In this document: positions 40,598 to 54,400 of the stretch, in pieces
How positions within the stretch are numbered: the first letter of the stretch is position 1
Layout of the letters: each line of letters opens with the position of its first letter
From: Zygnema circumcarinatum SAG 698-1b
Taxonomy: Eukaryota > Plantae > Zygnematophyceae
Direction of reading: 5' to 3'
NCBI GenBank assembly: GCA_037447605.1
Contig: CM074812.1
Coordinates: forward strand, 1-64,000
DNA length: 64,000 nucleotides
Program-made: the position numbers and the translations under genes
The notes under the pieces: model-generated
What the model was told of the DNA's origin: nothing
What the model saw: the letters and a program-made list of their open reading frames with translations, nothing else
Database searches by the model: none

Positions 40598-43500
40598 ATG
40601 GAGGCGGGGGGGGGGGCGAGGCAGCGGCTGGCGCAGCTCCTGGAGCCGGCCTCGGTGGCCCTCGTGGCCACGGCCGTGCTGGTGGTGCTGGCCTCCGCCT
40701 TCCGCGCGCTCAACCAGCAGAGAGAGGCCGAGCGCAACCGCGAATTCTCCGAGGCCTCCATTACGCTGGACGGCTCGCAGGCCCTCTTCATCCCGGTCGC
40801 GAGCTCCTGCAGCCTCCTGCTCATGTTCTACCTCTTCTCCACCATCTCGCAGCTGCTCACTATCTTCGTCTCTGTCGCTTCCGCTTCATCTATCGCTTTC
40901 TGCCTCTCTCCTTACTCCACTTTTCTCGCTACGAAGCTTGTCGGCCATGGCGGCTCCTCTTCTCGCTTCTGTTGTTGTAGCAGCAGTACGAGCTCAAGAA
41001 TGCAGGCCCTCCTTTTCTTGCTCAGCGCAACTATTGTTGCAGCATGGCTAGTTTCAGGGCACTGGGTGCTGAACAACATTCTTGGAATATCTATCTGTAT
41101 CGCCTTCGTCAGCCATGTCCGCCTTCCAAATATTCGAATATGCACTATTTTGCTCGGGTGCCTTTTCTTGTACGATGTTTTCTGGGTCTTCTTTTCAGAA
41201 CGCTTCTTTGGAGCCAATGTTATGGTGACAGTCGCCACGCAGCAGGCGAAGAATCCAATGCACACTGTTGCGCAACATTTGCAATTGCCAGTATCGCAGA
41301 CTATTACTAAAAAATTGGACCTTCCGGTGAAGCTGCTCTTTCCAAGGAACCTCCTTCTGAGTCGCGAGGCTTCGAATAGAGACGACGCGGCGGATTTTAT
41401 GATGCTGGGATTGGGTGATATGGTGAGTAAGGCTTGAAATTGTGCCTTTTGTGACTTTTTTTCTGTTTTGGATGCAGGCTTAGGTGGAGGTTACACTTAC
41501 TCTCACTGGTGGATAAGGAAACGTGTTTGGTTCTTGGACTGGTTTGAATAGTTGTGAATTTACTACCATTTCAGCGCTGTAGGAATATTGAGGAATATTT
41601 TTATTCCAGCAGCGGATTGAAACAACTTACATTGGACATCCTTGTGAACGTTTATCACGTCATTTTGCAAGGCTTTCGCTAGTGCAAACTTGTATATATA
41701 CAGTTGCATACTGTATATTCCAAAAAGTACCCGTTACATTATGATAACGTACTGGAAATCTTGGGTTATTGCACAAAGAGGAGGCTTATTTTGGAGAATG
41801 CGGAGTGTCTTCCTTTGCTAGTAGTCCCTTTTCCCGTCAATATGTACATGATTGTAAAGTTAATGAATGACAAGCATGTATGTTGTTGATTCAAAATAAT
41901 CGTTAAGCAGTAGGGTTGCCATTCAGGACGTGGACCAGGGGTTGGACATTCTTCACAAGCAAAAAAAATGTAGGCCAGTTTCGTTTTGTTGCTTGGTTAG
42001 TCAAGTCGGTTTGGGTGCAGTTTGGTTAGATAAGTTTCATTGGGTATTCATTGGGCTTCAGTATTTGAGTCACGCTCCCTATCTGAAAACTTGGAGGCCT
42101 TATGCCTGCACCATCACTTAGCGTTGAGTGAACCTGTCCACTATGCTCTTCCTTGTTGAAAACCTCGGGTTTGTGCAGCAAACTTTGACAGCAAAGATGA
42201 AGCTAGTGAATCTTGTTCGAATGTTGGTCTTGTATGGCAGAAAAATTTCGGTTGTATCGAGTGAGTGGTATCGAGCTTCATGGGAAAACTCTCAGCCATG
42301 TTTCGCTTGTCTATTAAACATGTGCTCCATGGCAAGTGCTTCCTTGAAAGGTCAGTTGGCCAAGTATGCAAATAACATAACATCAAAAGTAATGTCTGAT
42401 ACTTTAGATTCACGTTGTAACTCGTTAGCTTTTTCTTCACATACGCCCGGGGGTCACATTTCTGGTATTGCGTAATGTGGGTTGATTGGCAATGCATACA
42501 GTGAGATGGGGAACCTTTCAGGGTGTGCGAAAGTCACGTGAATGAATTTTTATGTGAGGCTGAGGACTAGCAATGGAGGAGTTTGTATATCAATCTGCTG
42601 TGAGTCGCTGAGGCGACATACGAGATTTGGCCCTTTGTTTGTGTCATTGCGTTTCTTTGACCAACAAACTGCAGGATGACAATTTGTCCTTACTCCTTCC
42701 AGATGAGCTCGCTAATGGGGAACGAATTCCCCCTAGTTGTTGATTGGATGTTTTTGTTTACTGTTTCCCACACGGAGAGAATCCGCAGCTGCATGTTTCA
42801 TGCTGAGTTGGCGATTCTTGCTTCCGGAGTCTGTCCCACATCGTCGCCCGGAAGATGTCATCTTCTCCTGGCCCTTTCATGAGCAGTTTCTGTTGCAAAG
42901 AACAAATGAAGTATAGATAATCTTCCTGCCTTTGGCCATTTTTAAGATAATTTATTTTCCCTTAATTTTTACAGTGAATTTCCCTCTGTGTTCTTCCTCC
43001 TCAAGGCATCCCTTCTAAATTTGTCTCTCCAACTGAATTGGAACTGCAGGCGATTCCAGGGATGCTGCTTGCATTAGTCCTATGCTTTGACCATCGCAAG
43101 GTGCGAGACTACAATGATATGGACCCAATGTCAGTAGGGCGGAAGGCTCCCGCCAGCAAAAACTACATATGGCATGCTGCTGCTGGCTACATGGTTGGCT
43201 TAATTCTAGCACTGGCGGTGGGTGTACTGACAAGGGCGCCTCAGCCAGCTCTGCTCTACCTGGTGAGGACACCTAACGTCTTGAAAAAGGACATTCTCGG
43301 GCTCATCCTTCTTTCTCTCGTTCTTTCCTCCAGTAGTCCCCCCTACCCCATCCCGTCCCTTCTGTTCCTGACCTTGGCAAATCCTCGTCTTCCCCTCCTC
43401 CATCTCTGTTTTCCTTCTCCCGGTTCCCTCCTTCCATCCCCCAAGTCTCTTCCCTTCCTCCCTCCCGATTTTCAATCTTTCTGCTCTCTCACTTCCTCCC

Positions 43501-43757
43501 GTCTTCGTCCTTTCCCTCCTCTCAACCCGGAACCCTTTTCCCATCCAACAATCGACCGCTGGAGTGGGTGGAGAAAGAGAAAGATTGAATGAGTAGAAAT
43601 GGAGAAAATTTCTGACGAGCATAAATGGCTGGTGGTGCAGGTGCCCTCAACTTTGGGCCCCGTTGCCACAAGAGCATGGGCCCGAAATGAGCTGGCAGAG
43701 CTATGGCATGGCAGGAGGCCATCAGTGGGTGAAAAGCTGCACTCAACAGATGTGTGA
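40598..43757 (+). CDS. SPPL1: Signal peptide peptidase-like GxGD aspartyl protease (plant SPPL1 / animal SPPL3 clade); 3 exons
   Basis: Exons 40598-41422, 43051-43263 and 43641-43757. Motifs: WVLNNILGISIC, VRLPNIRIC, LYDVFWVF, LDLPVKLLFP, LGLGDMAIPG, QPALLYLVP; multiple TM segments. Confidence 0.95.
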
Positions 43758-44902
43758 GCTACCCAAGAAGAACAGCGGTAACCGCGCTGATCTTATGACT
43801 GGCGGGGGATTTCCTCAGACCATGTGATGGTGCACTGCGTGCCATGCCTTCAATGACCGGTGGTTCGCTGCCTGGAGTGGCAGAACCTGAACTACAGTGC
43901 GGCTATTATGTGCCACGTGCTGTGGGCCTGGAAGCCGTTAAGATGGAAAGCCAGCCCGTTTTCCAAGGGGCACAGAGAAAACGTGGATTACCTTTCACAC
44001 GTTTAAAGTGCCCGTTCATTCAACCTCGTTTGAAACGAGGAAGCTCGGTAGGCTCCCGCCATGCCGGCACTGGCAGAGACGGCTTAGGGCAATGCGCTGT
44101 TTGGAGCAGCTTCTGTATTCTTTAAACAACCCCGCTGGCCTGAGTAGGAGGTTACGGGATCGTTATTTGATTTTACAGCTATTGATGGCATAGGATTTCT
44201 TGTGCAGCCTGGCAATGTGGGGTTGTAAGATCAGACGTTGATTGTAGATATACACTTCTGTTATTTGGGAGTTCGTTTCCTTGGTAATTTTTCTTAGAGT
44301 TCGCTTTATCCACTGCATTCGTGGGTTGGCGGCAGGGCCTTAGGCCGACCTCAAGAGGGTGCAGTGCAATGGCGCTGGTATTGAACCAGTTCCGGTTTAT
44401 GCTCGAGTGACCGACCAGGTTTCTCATTCTAAATTTGTTCACCGCAGACTCTCTGCTGGCAATTTTTTAGGCAATGAAGTGCATTGATGAATTGGACACG
44501 CGCACACTTAACGCAGCAAGAGTGTGAACACTGTTGCGCCGAGCACGAGGCGTGCGGCTGCGAGCGGGCGCTGTGGCGCGTGCCGGGACCAGGGCCAGCC
44601 CTCGCCTTCGCACGGCCGTCGGCCCCTCGCTGCCGCGCGCCTCGCCCGCCGCGCAACATTGCGGGGGTGTGAGTGCGCCTCCAGACGCGTGCCCTCCCAC
44701 TCCGCCGCCACCACCGCTTCGCCGCGCCGACTCTCCCTCCCTCCCTCCCTCCCTCTCTCTCGTCGGACGCGCGCACGCCAGGGAGGGAGGGACGGCACGC
44801 GACGCCGCGCGGGGGGGGACACGCACTCGCTCGCTGTTCCGTTCACAGTTTCCACGGAACCGCGCAGCACAGAACAAACTCCCCCCCCCCTCCCCTCCCC
44901 AG

Positions 44903-44926
44903 CCCTAACCCTAACCCTAACCCTAA
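44903..44926. repeat. (CCCTAA)4 telomere-type repeat in the p24 5' region
   Basis: ccctaaccctaaccctaaccctaa read directly. Confidence 0.9.
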
Positions 44927-45037
44927 TTCCTGGCCAGCCTGCAGGGCCCTCACCGCAGGAGATCTGCACTGTCCTTCCCACGTTGCTCCTGCTCTCCTTC
45001 CTCCAGCATCCAAGTTCTGCAGAGCGCATTGCTTCTC

Positions 45038-47067
45038 ATGGCTCCCGCCGGTGCCTTGTCGCTGCTGCTTCTGACGTCTTTCTTAGCTTCTTCGCAATCT
45101 CTCCGGTTTAATATCGATCGGAAGGAATGCTTCACGCAACATGTGGCCGAGGAGGGCAGCATGGTGCACGGATCTTACGTTATTACAAGTTACGAGGACA
45201 CGTGGTCGTCAGGGCACGTCGAGAAGGCTGGAGTCGACCTCACGGTATGTTGAGGAGTTGCTGCAGAATGGACAGAATGTGAGCTGCATTTTCTGGCTCA
45301 AAACATATACCGCATCGCTAGTTTTTTTCAGCCACGACCAGTTCGGGTGGGTTATGCTTCGTTCGAGAGCCGTCCAGCTCTCTAGTTGTTCGTTTGAACT
45401 GATACGCCGTGACGTGGAACTGAAGCTGCAGTATACTCCAATTAAATCTCCTGAATTGGTGAACAAGGTTTGGTCTGTGAATTAGGCACGTAGGAGTTCC
45501 ATCATAGCGTTCTCACATGTGTAAGAGAGGGAATCTCAGAATTGTATCGTGGACGGAAATATGGCTGTCTGCTTTGCTTCGTGGCAAGTTTTGGGAGTCG
45601 CCATTGTGTGGCCAAAGAGCGGTTTTTCGCCATTCCAAAGTGCACGGCGCTGACAGCAGTAAGAACTCTGAAGGTATGCCGTCTGTGCAGGTAGAGGCAC
45701 CCGCTGGCTATCATGTGTACTCAGCACGGCAGCGCTCTGAGGATAAATTCAGCTTTGTTGCTGTAAGGAAAGGAGACTACAAGTTTTGTTTCACAAACAA
45801 CTCACCTATTCATGAAAGCATTGCATTCGACATCCATGTTGGCCACCATACACCTACACACGAGGAAGTTGCGAAAGACGGTATGTCTCTCTCACGGATT
45901 CCCTCACACTCTGGACGTACGTATGTGCTATGTTTCGTTATGGAAAATGCAGCTGTAACGTCTTGAGTTTCTTTGGAGTTCGTTTTGGTCATTTTTGAAA
46001 ATTTCGACGGCGATGCTCCCATCTTCTTCAGGAAGACCATTGCCCTAGTTTAAAATGCACGAGCTGCTGACTTATGGGTCTCAGTGTGGCATCCGTGATA
46101 TTGCTGGGATCTAAGGCTATTTGCGACTATAGTACCTTAACGAGCATTTTGCTGGCAGTCGTTGCTGAATATGTAAGCATTGTGAGCTGCAACGTGGATC
46201 GTGCAAGTCCGATGTGTTCACTGCAGCTTTTTGCGTGTATTTCTACTTGAATTAGGCTGTTCCATTATCATAGCATATCCATGTCAAGTTCATGTCTGCA
46301 AAGTTCAATTTGTGCTATAGAATCTGTTCCTTTTTTGTCCCACATTATGTTCTTTATTTTTCCAGAATTGCGTTCATTATGTGATCCTGGGGATGGATAC
46401 ACGTACCCCACTTGACTTTGGGACAAGGCTTTCCGCCTTACATTTTGTGTTGAGTTCGTGCTCTTTATTGTATTCTCTGTTTCTTCTCTTCTTCCATTAT
46501 GAAAGTTGCAGACTTCTCTTCTAGCTGCATTGTAGCACCGAGCCAAGTATTATGATGCTGAGTTAATTCTTAGCAACGATGCAGAGCATTTTGAACCCCT
46601 TGTGAACCACATCCGCTCTCTCGAGGATAAGGTGATGAGCCTCTTCTACGAATGCCGTTGGCTGTTTGCACAGGCTGAACGCCAAGCAGAATGTGAGCAG
46701 CCGTAGCCTTTCCACTTGGCTGGAGATTATCGCTTCAAATTGAGAATACTCATCGCTTTGCAAATAGCCACTCTCTACTGCTCTCTTGTGACCATTAAGG
46801 ATATCCCATTCTGAGTTGATGATTGGATTCTGGTGCTTCAAGACTACTAGCGTGGCAATATGTTTGCTGGAATAATCTCCTCTTGACGGAAGTCGAAGCA
46901 GACTAAACAACAGACGGTGTGTTGGCTATGCAGTGAGCAAGATCACCGGACGGAGGCTGATTGTGAAGGCGGTGGTTCAGTCTCTGGCTTTGGTTGCCAC
47001 GAGTGCCCTGCAAGTGTACCTTCTTCGTCGCCTGTTTGAAAGAAAGCTTGGCCAGAGCCGCGTATAG
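45038..47067 (+). CDS. p24/TMED (emp24/GOLD) cargo receptor, plant p24beta3 type; 4 exons
   Basis: Signal peptide; ECF; VDLT-V..P.G; YKFCFTN.SP.HE.I.FD.HVGH; coiled coil; TM; tail LRRLFERKLGQSRV*. Exons approx. 45038-45244, 45691-45880, 46585-46693, 46934-47067. Confidence 0.93.
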
Positions 47068-48411
47068 CTCCCATGCAACTTCACCAATCAAGGCCAGAGG
47101 CCTGGGTGCTTGTATTTTACAATGGGGAGCGAGGAAACCAGAAAGCATTTTGAATGAATGCGATTGGGCGGTGCTTCGGATCGTACAGACCAATCAGAAG
47201 GAAACGTTATGGGATGACGAAGGCGGGTGACATAGGTTTTGCTTTGTACGGGTCACTGAAGCAGACAGGATTGCTTTAAGTTGTTTTGTTCCCTAGTTGA
47301 CAATTTAAACGGCCTCTGTACACAGTGGAACCGGTAGTTGAGCAGCTCCATGTCCATTAAAGAAAGCGCTCCTCGGCAGCTGAGGTCAGTTTGCCCGGTT
47401 CAAGCCTCCAATGCTGTGGCGTTTGGAGATTCAACGCGCGCACATTTTTGACACACCATTGTAAGTCAATGTAAGCTGCAAAAATGATGTGGCAGCCCGT
47501 TTGAGTAATTGGTGGGGGGATGGATCGCTGTGGTATGGTGTTCGCAATGTTGGATTTGTACGGGATAAAGGAACGGAAGACCGGCAAGAGCATGTCAGCG
47601 AGTTGCTGCGGCATGGCGGCGGTTCTTGGGTGTGAGGGCAGATTGTGCCGCGTTTTGTTGGTTTTCAACGTTTCCAGATGAGGAAGTTTATAGCGGCCGT
47701 TGACCCGACGGACGTGTGTGCACGGGGCATTGGGCGTCGTTCCCTCTCGACCGGTTTCGAGAAGAGTGCTGGACGTGATAAGCAGGATCGTCGACATTGA
47801 AAAGCAAATAGAGCGCAACCGATTCGCAAAGCATAAACTGTCGCCAAGAGACACATGGTGAGCCCACGACATCCGAAGCAGGCATTGGCGCAATGCCGCT
47901 GCAGTTGCCCACCACGCTCCCATACATGGATACACTGAATACTTTTCACTGGGTTCATTTTGAAGACCTTTTTTCAGGATTTGCTTCATGTGACGAGTGC
48001 ATGCTAGGCCAAACTTTGGGTTCGTGTCTTTCAAAAAAAGCAAACGAAGCTCCCTCACACATGCGCACCGCATGCCTAGACTTCCTCAAAGCGCCACATA
48101 TTACGGAAATGAAACAAACAACGCGAAACAAAATGAAAGCACGTTATTTATGAGTCATCGTCCATGAGAATTCAGCATTCCATGTTCTCTCTGATCTAAT
48201 CCCTAGACTCCCTTGCACCTTGAGAAAGAGCGTGAGTGACTAGGCCAGGCGCTGCACCGCACGAGAAGCTCAGCCCCGCTCACGCTTCTCCTGCGAAATG
48301 TAAACCCTTCTCAACTGCTGACGAGCTTTCAGCAGTGGAGCAGCTCGGCTGCACATCCCTGGGAGACAGAGCTGCTGGGCTGCCGTACAAAGCAGCCATC
48401 CAAACTGCCTT

Positions 48412-51400
48412 CTAGAGGAAGCGTTGGCCGTGCGCATCTCGCTCTACAGCACCCCTTCTCACAACCATCCCCTGAAATCGTTTCTTTGGCTCCGAATCAT
48501 CCTCATATGCACGCAATACGAGGTTCACCAGCTTCCCACTTTCAAACTCTACGAAGGCACTACAACCCTTAAGCTGCTTCACTCTGCTGACGAAGCTTGC
48601 ATTCGGCTTTCCCAGCTCTTCACGCAGCACCTTATCAAACACAGTCCGGACCTGGACTTCATCCAGAGGCTGCGGAATATTTGCGGCATAAACGCACCTC
48701 TCTCTGTCTAATCTCACGAAACCGTCTTTCGATCCCTCCCCTTCAATTTCAACACGCGGTCGACTCCACAATGATTCCCTGCCCGAGGCCCTGCGAGGAG
48801 CCTCCTCCGCATATTGGCCATTGAATTCACGCTCGTCCTCGAGCTTCCTCTTGTCGGATGGGTGCGAACTACCATGGAGCGGGTAGTCCCCTTCATCACT
48901 ATTTGCCATACCTCTGTCCCCGTCCTTATGGTAGCGGTCACTAGAATAAGCTCGTTGCTCCCGGGAATCACGCCAAGAGCGGCCTTCGGGCCGTCGCTGC
49001 CGAGGTTCTTTGTGTGCTGTGTACTCAGCAACATCAAACTTGGAGCCTTTATGAGGCTTGACCTCCATGCCCTTAAATGCTGCCGGATTCTTCTTGTACA
49101 ACTCCAAAACCCTCATTGTCAATCGTTGCGATGGAAGAGCAATGAAAGCACAGTATGGCCGAACTCGCCGGACCTCACCCACGACATCACCTCCAACAGC
49201 TGTATCAAGATCTGCTGGGCTCACATTATCCAACAGAACTCTTTTGACGATAAACCCTATGGCAGAATCCGTCATATCCTCTTGCAGCCTTTGTACATAC
49301 ACAGTCCTGTTGGGTTCCAGTCTCGCTTTATAATGAAACGGCTTTTCAACCCGGGGTTCTTCCTTCCAGCTTGTTGGCCCTTCATGTCTGCTTCCAGAAG
49401 TTCCTTTCCTGAGAGACTTGGATCTCCCACCAGTGTCTAACAACCATCCATTGCTTGCTTCAATACCTGCAGCTTTTTTTTCCAGCTTGGGCAACATGCC
49501 ACTAAACACCTGAGGGTCACGTTCATAAATGGCCAGAGCTCGATCCGCAAGTTCTGGGGTGGGCAGATACACCCACGCTGTTTCTGCTAATTTCTCGTAC
49601 CTCACTGTGGAAATCAACTTCCCCATCGTTAGCTTCCTTGCACGCGATTTCTCCACACTTGTTGCGTGAATTTGAAGGGCTTCATGAAATATGTTGTAAA
49701 TTTTATCGACCGTGACAGTTTCTGGAAGCTCGCTAACGGCCAAAACAGTCACTCCCACGTCTGTTGGAAGAATGTCTCCTCCAGGCCCAAGCTGTACTGA
49801 CAATCCCTGGAAGACATCCGGCTCCATGGCCAGGAGCTCGACACAGGCCCCTGCCAGCTGCTCATGTGCAAGCTCCACCACGCAGAGAAAGCGATCAAGC
49901 TGCGTCACGCTTAACACCATATTTTCACTCTCCAACAACCCTTTTGGGACCTCAAGACGTTCCGTGAGTACCGAGTCAAAAAGAGACTTCACCAGCTCTT
50001 CAGATAGATTGGTTTCATCTACCTCCCCGCATGTCACGTGCAATATGCGAGTTGTCGGAATGTCTGAAATGGGTGCTTCTACAATATCTGCAGCTTCTTG
50101 TGTGACCTCCGGTGCTTTTGTAGCTATGGAAGATGGCTCTGCAAAAGCTGCCTGCGGTTTCTCTTGTGTTGGCGGACTTCTCGAGCGGCGCATCCTCTTT
50201 GCAGGATGTCGCTCTGGAGAGCCACCAGCCTTTGGTTCTGAGTGGGGTGAAGACGCCCTTTTCTGTGGAGCAAGTGGTTTACTATCTATGGGCAAAGCTA
50301 CCTTCTGATCGCCCAAATGGGCGGGCAACTCTGCCCCTTTCGTGAAGTAGTCTGCCGTATCATCCAGCAGTTGCTTCACTAGCCTCTCAGCTGCAAACAG
50401 AGATGCCAAATTTATGGCCCGCAACCTCACGACAATGCGCACAATGCTACCGGAACTGAAGTTCCTGTCCTCGGTAATGCTTCCTTTCCGCTTTTCCTCC
50501 TCTGATGGACCGCTTTTAGCTTGAGCCAATTTGAGCATAACTCCCGTCTCTTCCTCGATCTTCTCAAAATTGATGCGGTCCTCACCAGCCACCTTCCTCG
50601 CCACCTCTTTCACTGACGGTCCACTTTCGGCCGGATGGCGACTAAGTGGTCCTTCATAAGCAAGCCGTCTACTACACAAGCCTCGCGTCGCAATGGAGCG
50701 CAAGAAATCGGCAGCTACGTTCACAAACCACTTGGTCTCGAAAGCTTTCCAGCCTTCTTCTATCCGCTTCGAAAGGATGGCATGCACCGCATCTGAGCCC
50801 TCACATGCAGTCAAATGTAGGCAGAGTGAACTCATATGTCTACAGTAGACCTGCAGATGAATAACATGACTTGGAAAATTTGCAAACTTGGCCGGTCGTA
50901 GTGGTCAAATCAATATGAAAATCCGTCACCATAGCATATATGCATTACAAGTTCGATAAGGAAAAGACAAGCCCAATTGGCGTAAATTTGAAGTACAGTT
51001 GGATTGACATCTCCCTCACAGCCCGTTGTGCATACTCTCATGTCACTACTAAGTCGAACCCAGCCTCTTTTCATCATAATCTCCCGTCTTCAGAATATTG
51101 TAAGCGCATCATCAGCAGCATAACGCCTCAGCCAAATTATATAAAATCCTCAGTAAGGAGCGTGAGGGTGTGAAACACATGCACAGCCTGCAAACAACCT
51201 TTATCTGAGTGCTGAGGTACAAAATGACTGCAAAAAATGAACAACCAAGGCTCTGGAGCTCTCACCTTGGCCACCTCCTTCCTTGGCTGCCACCTCCTTA
51301 CAGACAATGGAGACACCTGTCATATCCCAACCCATGATGCGCCACTCACACTAAGAGAAAGGCAGTAAAATGTCTTCACGTGCCACATTTATCACTCTGA

Positions 51401-54400
51401 AGTGAAGTTGCAGACCTCGATAAACCACCATGTAGAAACAGGAATTAACTCGCATACACTTTGCATACAGCTCCCAAGAAAGACCGATGGTCTAAAGTTT
51501 TGAAAATCGAATAAACGGACAGAAGCTGTTTCCAAATCTCACCAAACTCTTCTGTGAAAAACTTCATGCAGTGTTTGGAGAGCAGCCATGGTCGAGTGTC
51601 GACCGTGTCCACCTCGTGTAGCCCTACTTTGAGTATACATTCATCATCCTCCACGACTAAATCCTCCGAGCTTGCAGAATCTACAAGAAACTTCACTGGA
51701 GTGGAAGTTCCAGCCATTAAAGCAGAAACGTTTTCTGCCTGACCATGCTTGGGATCGGATTGTTGTTTAATATGTGAAACTGCATCCCATACACCTCGGT
51801 CTTACCCTCAGTCAAACTGAAACTGCATCTCTTCAAATTCTTGGACCTGGCTCCCACATCTAGGTCTTGTATTTAGATAACCTTACGGAAGTACTGAGCA
51901 TTCTCTGCTTTGTGTTTGTCCAGAAATCTGTTACAACTAAGATCGATAAGACTATCCTTATCCTCATTCTTATCCTTATCCACAACATTAGATTTGGCTT
52001 TCAAAGTTATGACTCCTCTGGCCTGTTCCTTACTAACGTTCGCAATTTACCAGTTTGTTCATTCCCTACTCTCCCCCTTTCAATATCCTTTTTTCCTTGG
52101 ATCCCTCCACCTCCCTGAAACCCAAATCTTTCTCGGTTTTACCAGACTGCCTCAATTTATTTGGTGTCTCTCCCGAAATCTCTTCACGTAATTCTCTTTT
52201 GGTGTAGTCTGTTTTCAACAGTTTCATAATTTTCTGGTTCTAAACCTCCACAAGCATATGCAACCCGAATCTCACATTCTGGATTGGGGTACCGATGCAC
52301 AACGTGTGTCTCACTGGCCTTGGCCTTCACATCGTCATCACCTCGGTCTCCCATCTCCATCTCTGAGAACTTCACTGTCCCTCTGTCGGCTTCGTTTCGT
52401 TTGATACCATCCGGATGCATTCTCAATCGCCTTTTGAAATCTTCCACCACTTTACCGTCTACTGCTGTCGACATGGCCACCTCAGGTTGCACGACTTCAC
52501 GAGCACATCGCTGCGCTGTAGCATACACCCTGCATCACACCCACTTTGCTAAAAAGTTCGGAAATGAATGCAAACAACGTCCTTCAAACAAACGTCACAA
52601 TTTTGGATAAAGAGTAAATTGACAGCCTAACCGATTCTCCCTCAAAAAACAGGAAAGACACATCCTCTGAGGATTCAAATGCTGAAACAGGCTGACAACT
52701 CGTTACATTAAATTCGCCCTAGTGTGCTCTCGAACAGAGTCATCACTGAGGTTCGTATATGCTCTGTTTCAGTTCATGCAGAGTATACGCATGCTGACCC
52801 ACTGTCCTCTGCTTTTTTTGATACAAAAATACGATGCTTTTGCCAAACTTCTTGAGCGCCAATCCTAATCCTCAAGAGACCCTTTCAGTCTAATCATTTT
52901 CTTTATGTGGTTTCAAAGCATACAGTATTGCGCACCTAGATGATAAGGAGTCTGACGGCTGGGCTGCTCCGGCGCCCAAGCAATCCATGAGCTTAGCGAC
53001 AGCCTGAGCGTCAAAAGCTCCAATTCAGTAGGCGTTCAATTTTGCCAGTTTCCATGCAGAAACAGGACTTACAGCTGTTCCTAACTGAATAAGGACCTTG
53101 ACACCATGCTGCAATCCAATCAAAAGCAAAAAAGGTGCACAATAATGAAGGAGTAATAAGACTCTAATCCACAGGTCAACGGCCGTTGCTCAATATTTTG
53201 ATTCCTCCAGAATTGGCGGATGGATATGGGCATTATACCGTGAGCACGTTGATGCGATCTTCAGCAGTCACCGAAGCACTGGACAGGAGTTGATTGATTG
53301 TCTTCAATGCCTCTAATGTCACATTCAAATAACTGTCCCTGTCCTCTCTCTCGGTGCCTGGAACAGCCACAGCAGTACTGCTTACATCCCAAGAGGGCAA
53401 AAACTCGGCCCATTGAAGGAGGCAATTCAATGTGGACGTTATCTCAGCAGTTGGTAACTGATTAGTGCTGTTGGTAAGCAAATGCCTGCAGAAAAGGAAC
53501 CCCATGCAAGAAAATTAGTTGTCACGAGCCGCAAACGTGAAGGTTGGACTGCCAGCTGGCTGTAACTTAGTCAAAGCTGTGCAAACTCAATTGAATCTCG
53601 TATTCGCCTGCCAAATTCAAAAACCTGCCTGCACAATGATTCCTGGCAGTTCGAAGGTTGGTAAAGAGCATAGTACATAACTTCTAAGACGCCAACTGTC
53701 CACCAGCATTTTCTCGTTTCTGTCACACAAATGCCTGGATAGGACTCACCTGATGGCATGCACAGCCGCTTTTTGAGCTTTAAATGACAAAATGGGCATT
53801 GAGGTCATGCGATTATTGTGTGGCTGTGGGCCGGGTGCCAAGGCGCGAAGTAGTGGCAGCACAGCCGCCAGCTGAGGGCCAGTAAGCACAAGCGTCCTGT
53901 GAATGCAAAGCTCGGTGATCTGCACACGCCAATTTAACACTTTTGCTAGTGTTTCCAGAAGAAAAACTTTCCAAGCAGAAATGGCCGAAAGTAGTCTCTC
54001 CTTACTACTACTAAGGGATACAGTGCACATGCAGAAACGATACTGCATTGAGACTGTGCAGGGTCGATAGCAGATACAACACGTTTCAAGCTGTTTGTAA
54101 GCCAAAACCAGCGCAAAGTTGTTGGATTTCTTTTGGATGTATACAAAGACGTTAATTCTTCGAAAGGTGAAAACCAATACGCATTCAGGCGTATAGTGTT
54201 TCGGTTTGCTTTTCATACTATAAATGATGTGACGATCGAAACGGCGTATTGCCACAAAGAATCCTGAACTTACCAGCTTGCAAGTATTAAGGGACAACTC
54301 GTCTTGATGAGACTCCTCCCCTTTGATAGCCCCTCCAACAGCAATCGTAATGGCCTCTACTAGTTTCAAAATGTCTGCAGCAACCTGCAGTCATCTCAAC

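Noticed and set aside
42128-42497. ORFs of 115-118 aa in SPPL intron 1
   Set aside because: No recognisable motifs and no confident transposon signature.
47357-48153. ORFs and exon-like segment (47679-47857) between the p24 and chimera 3' ends
   Set aside because: No coherent reading frame or homology; most likely 3'UTR sequence.
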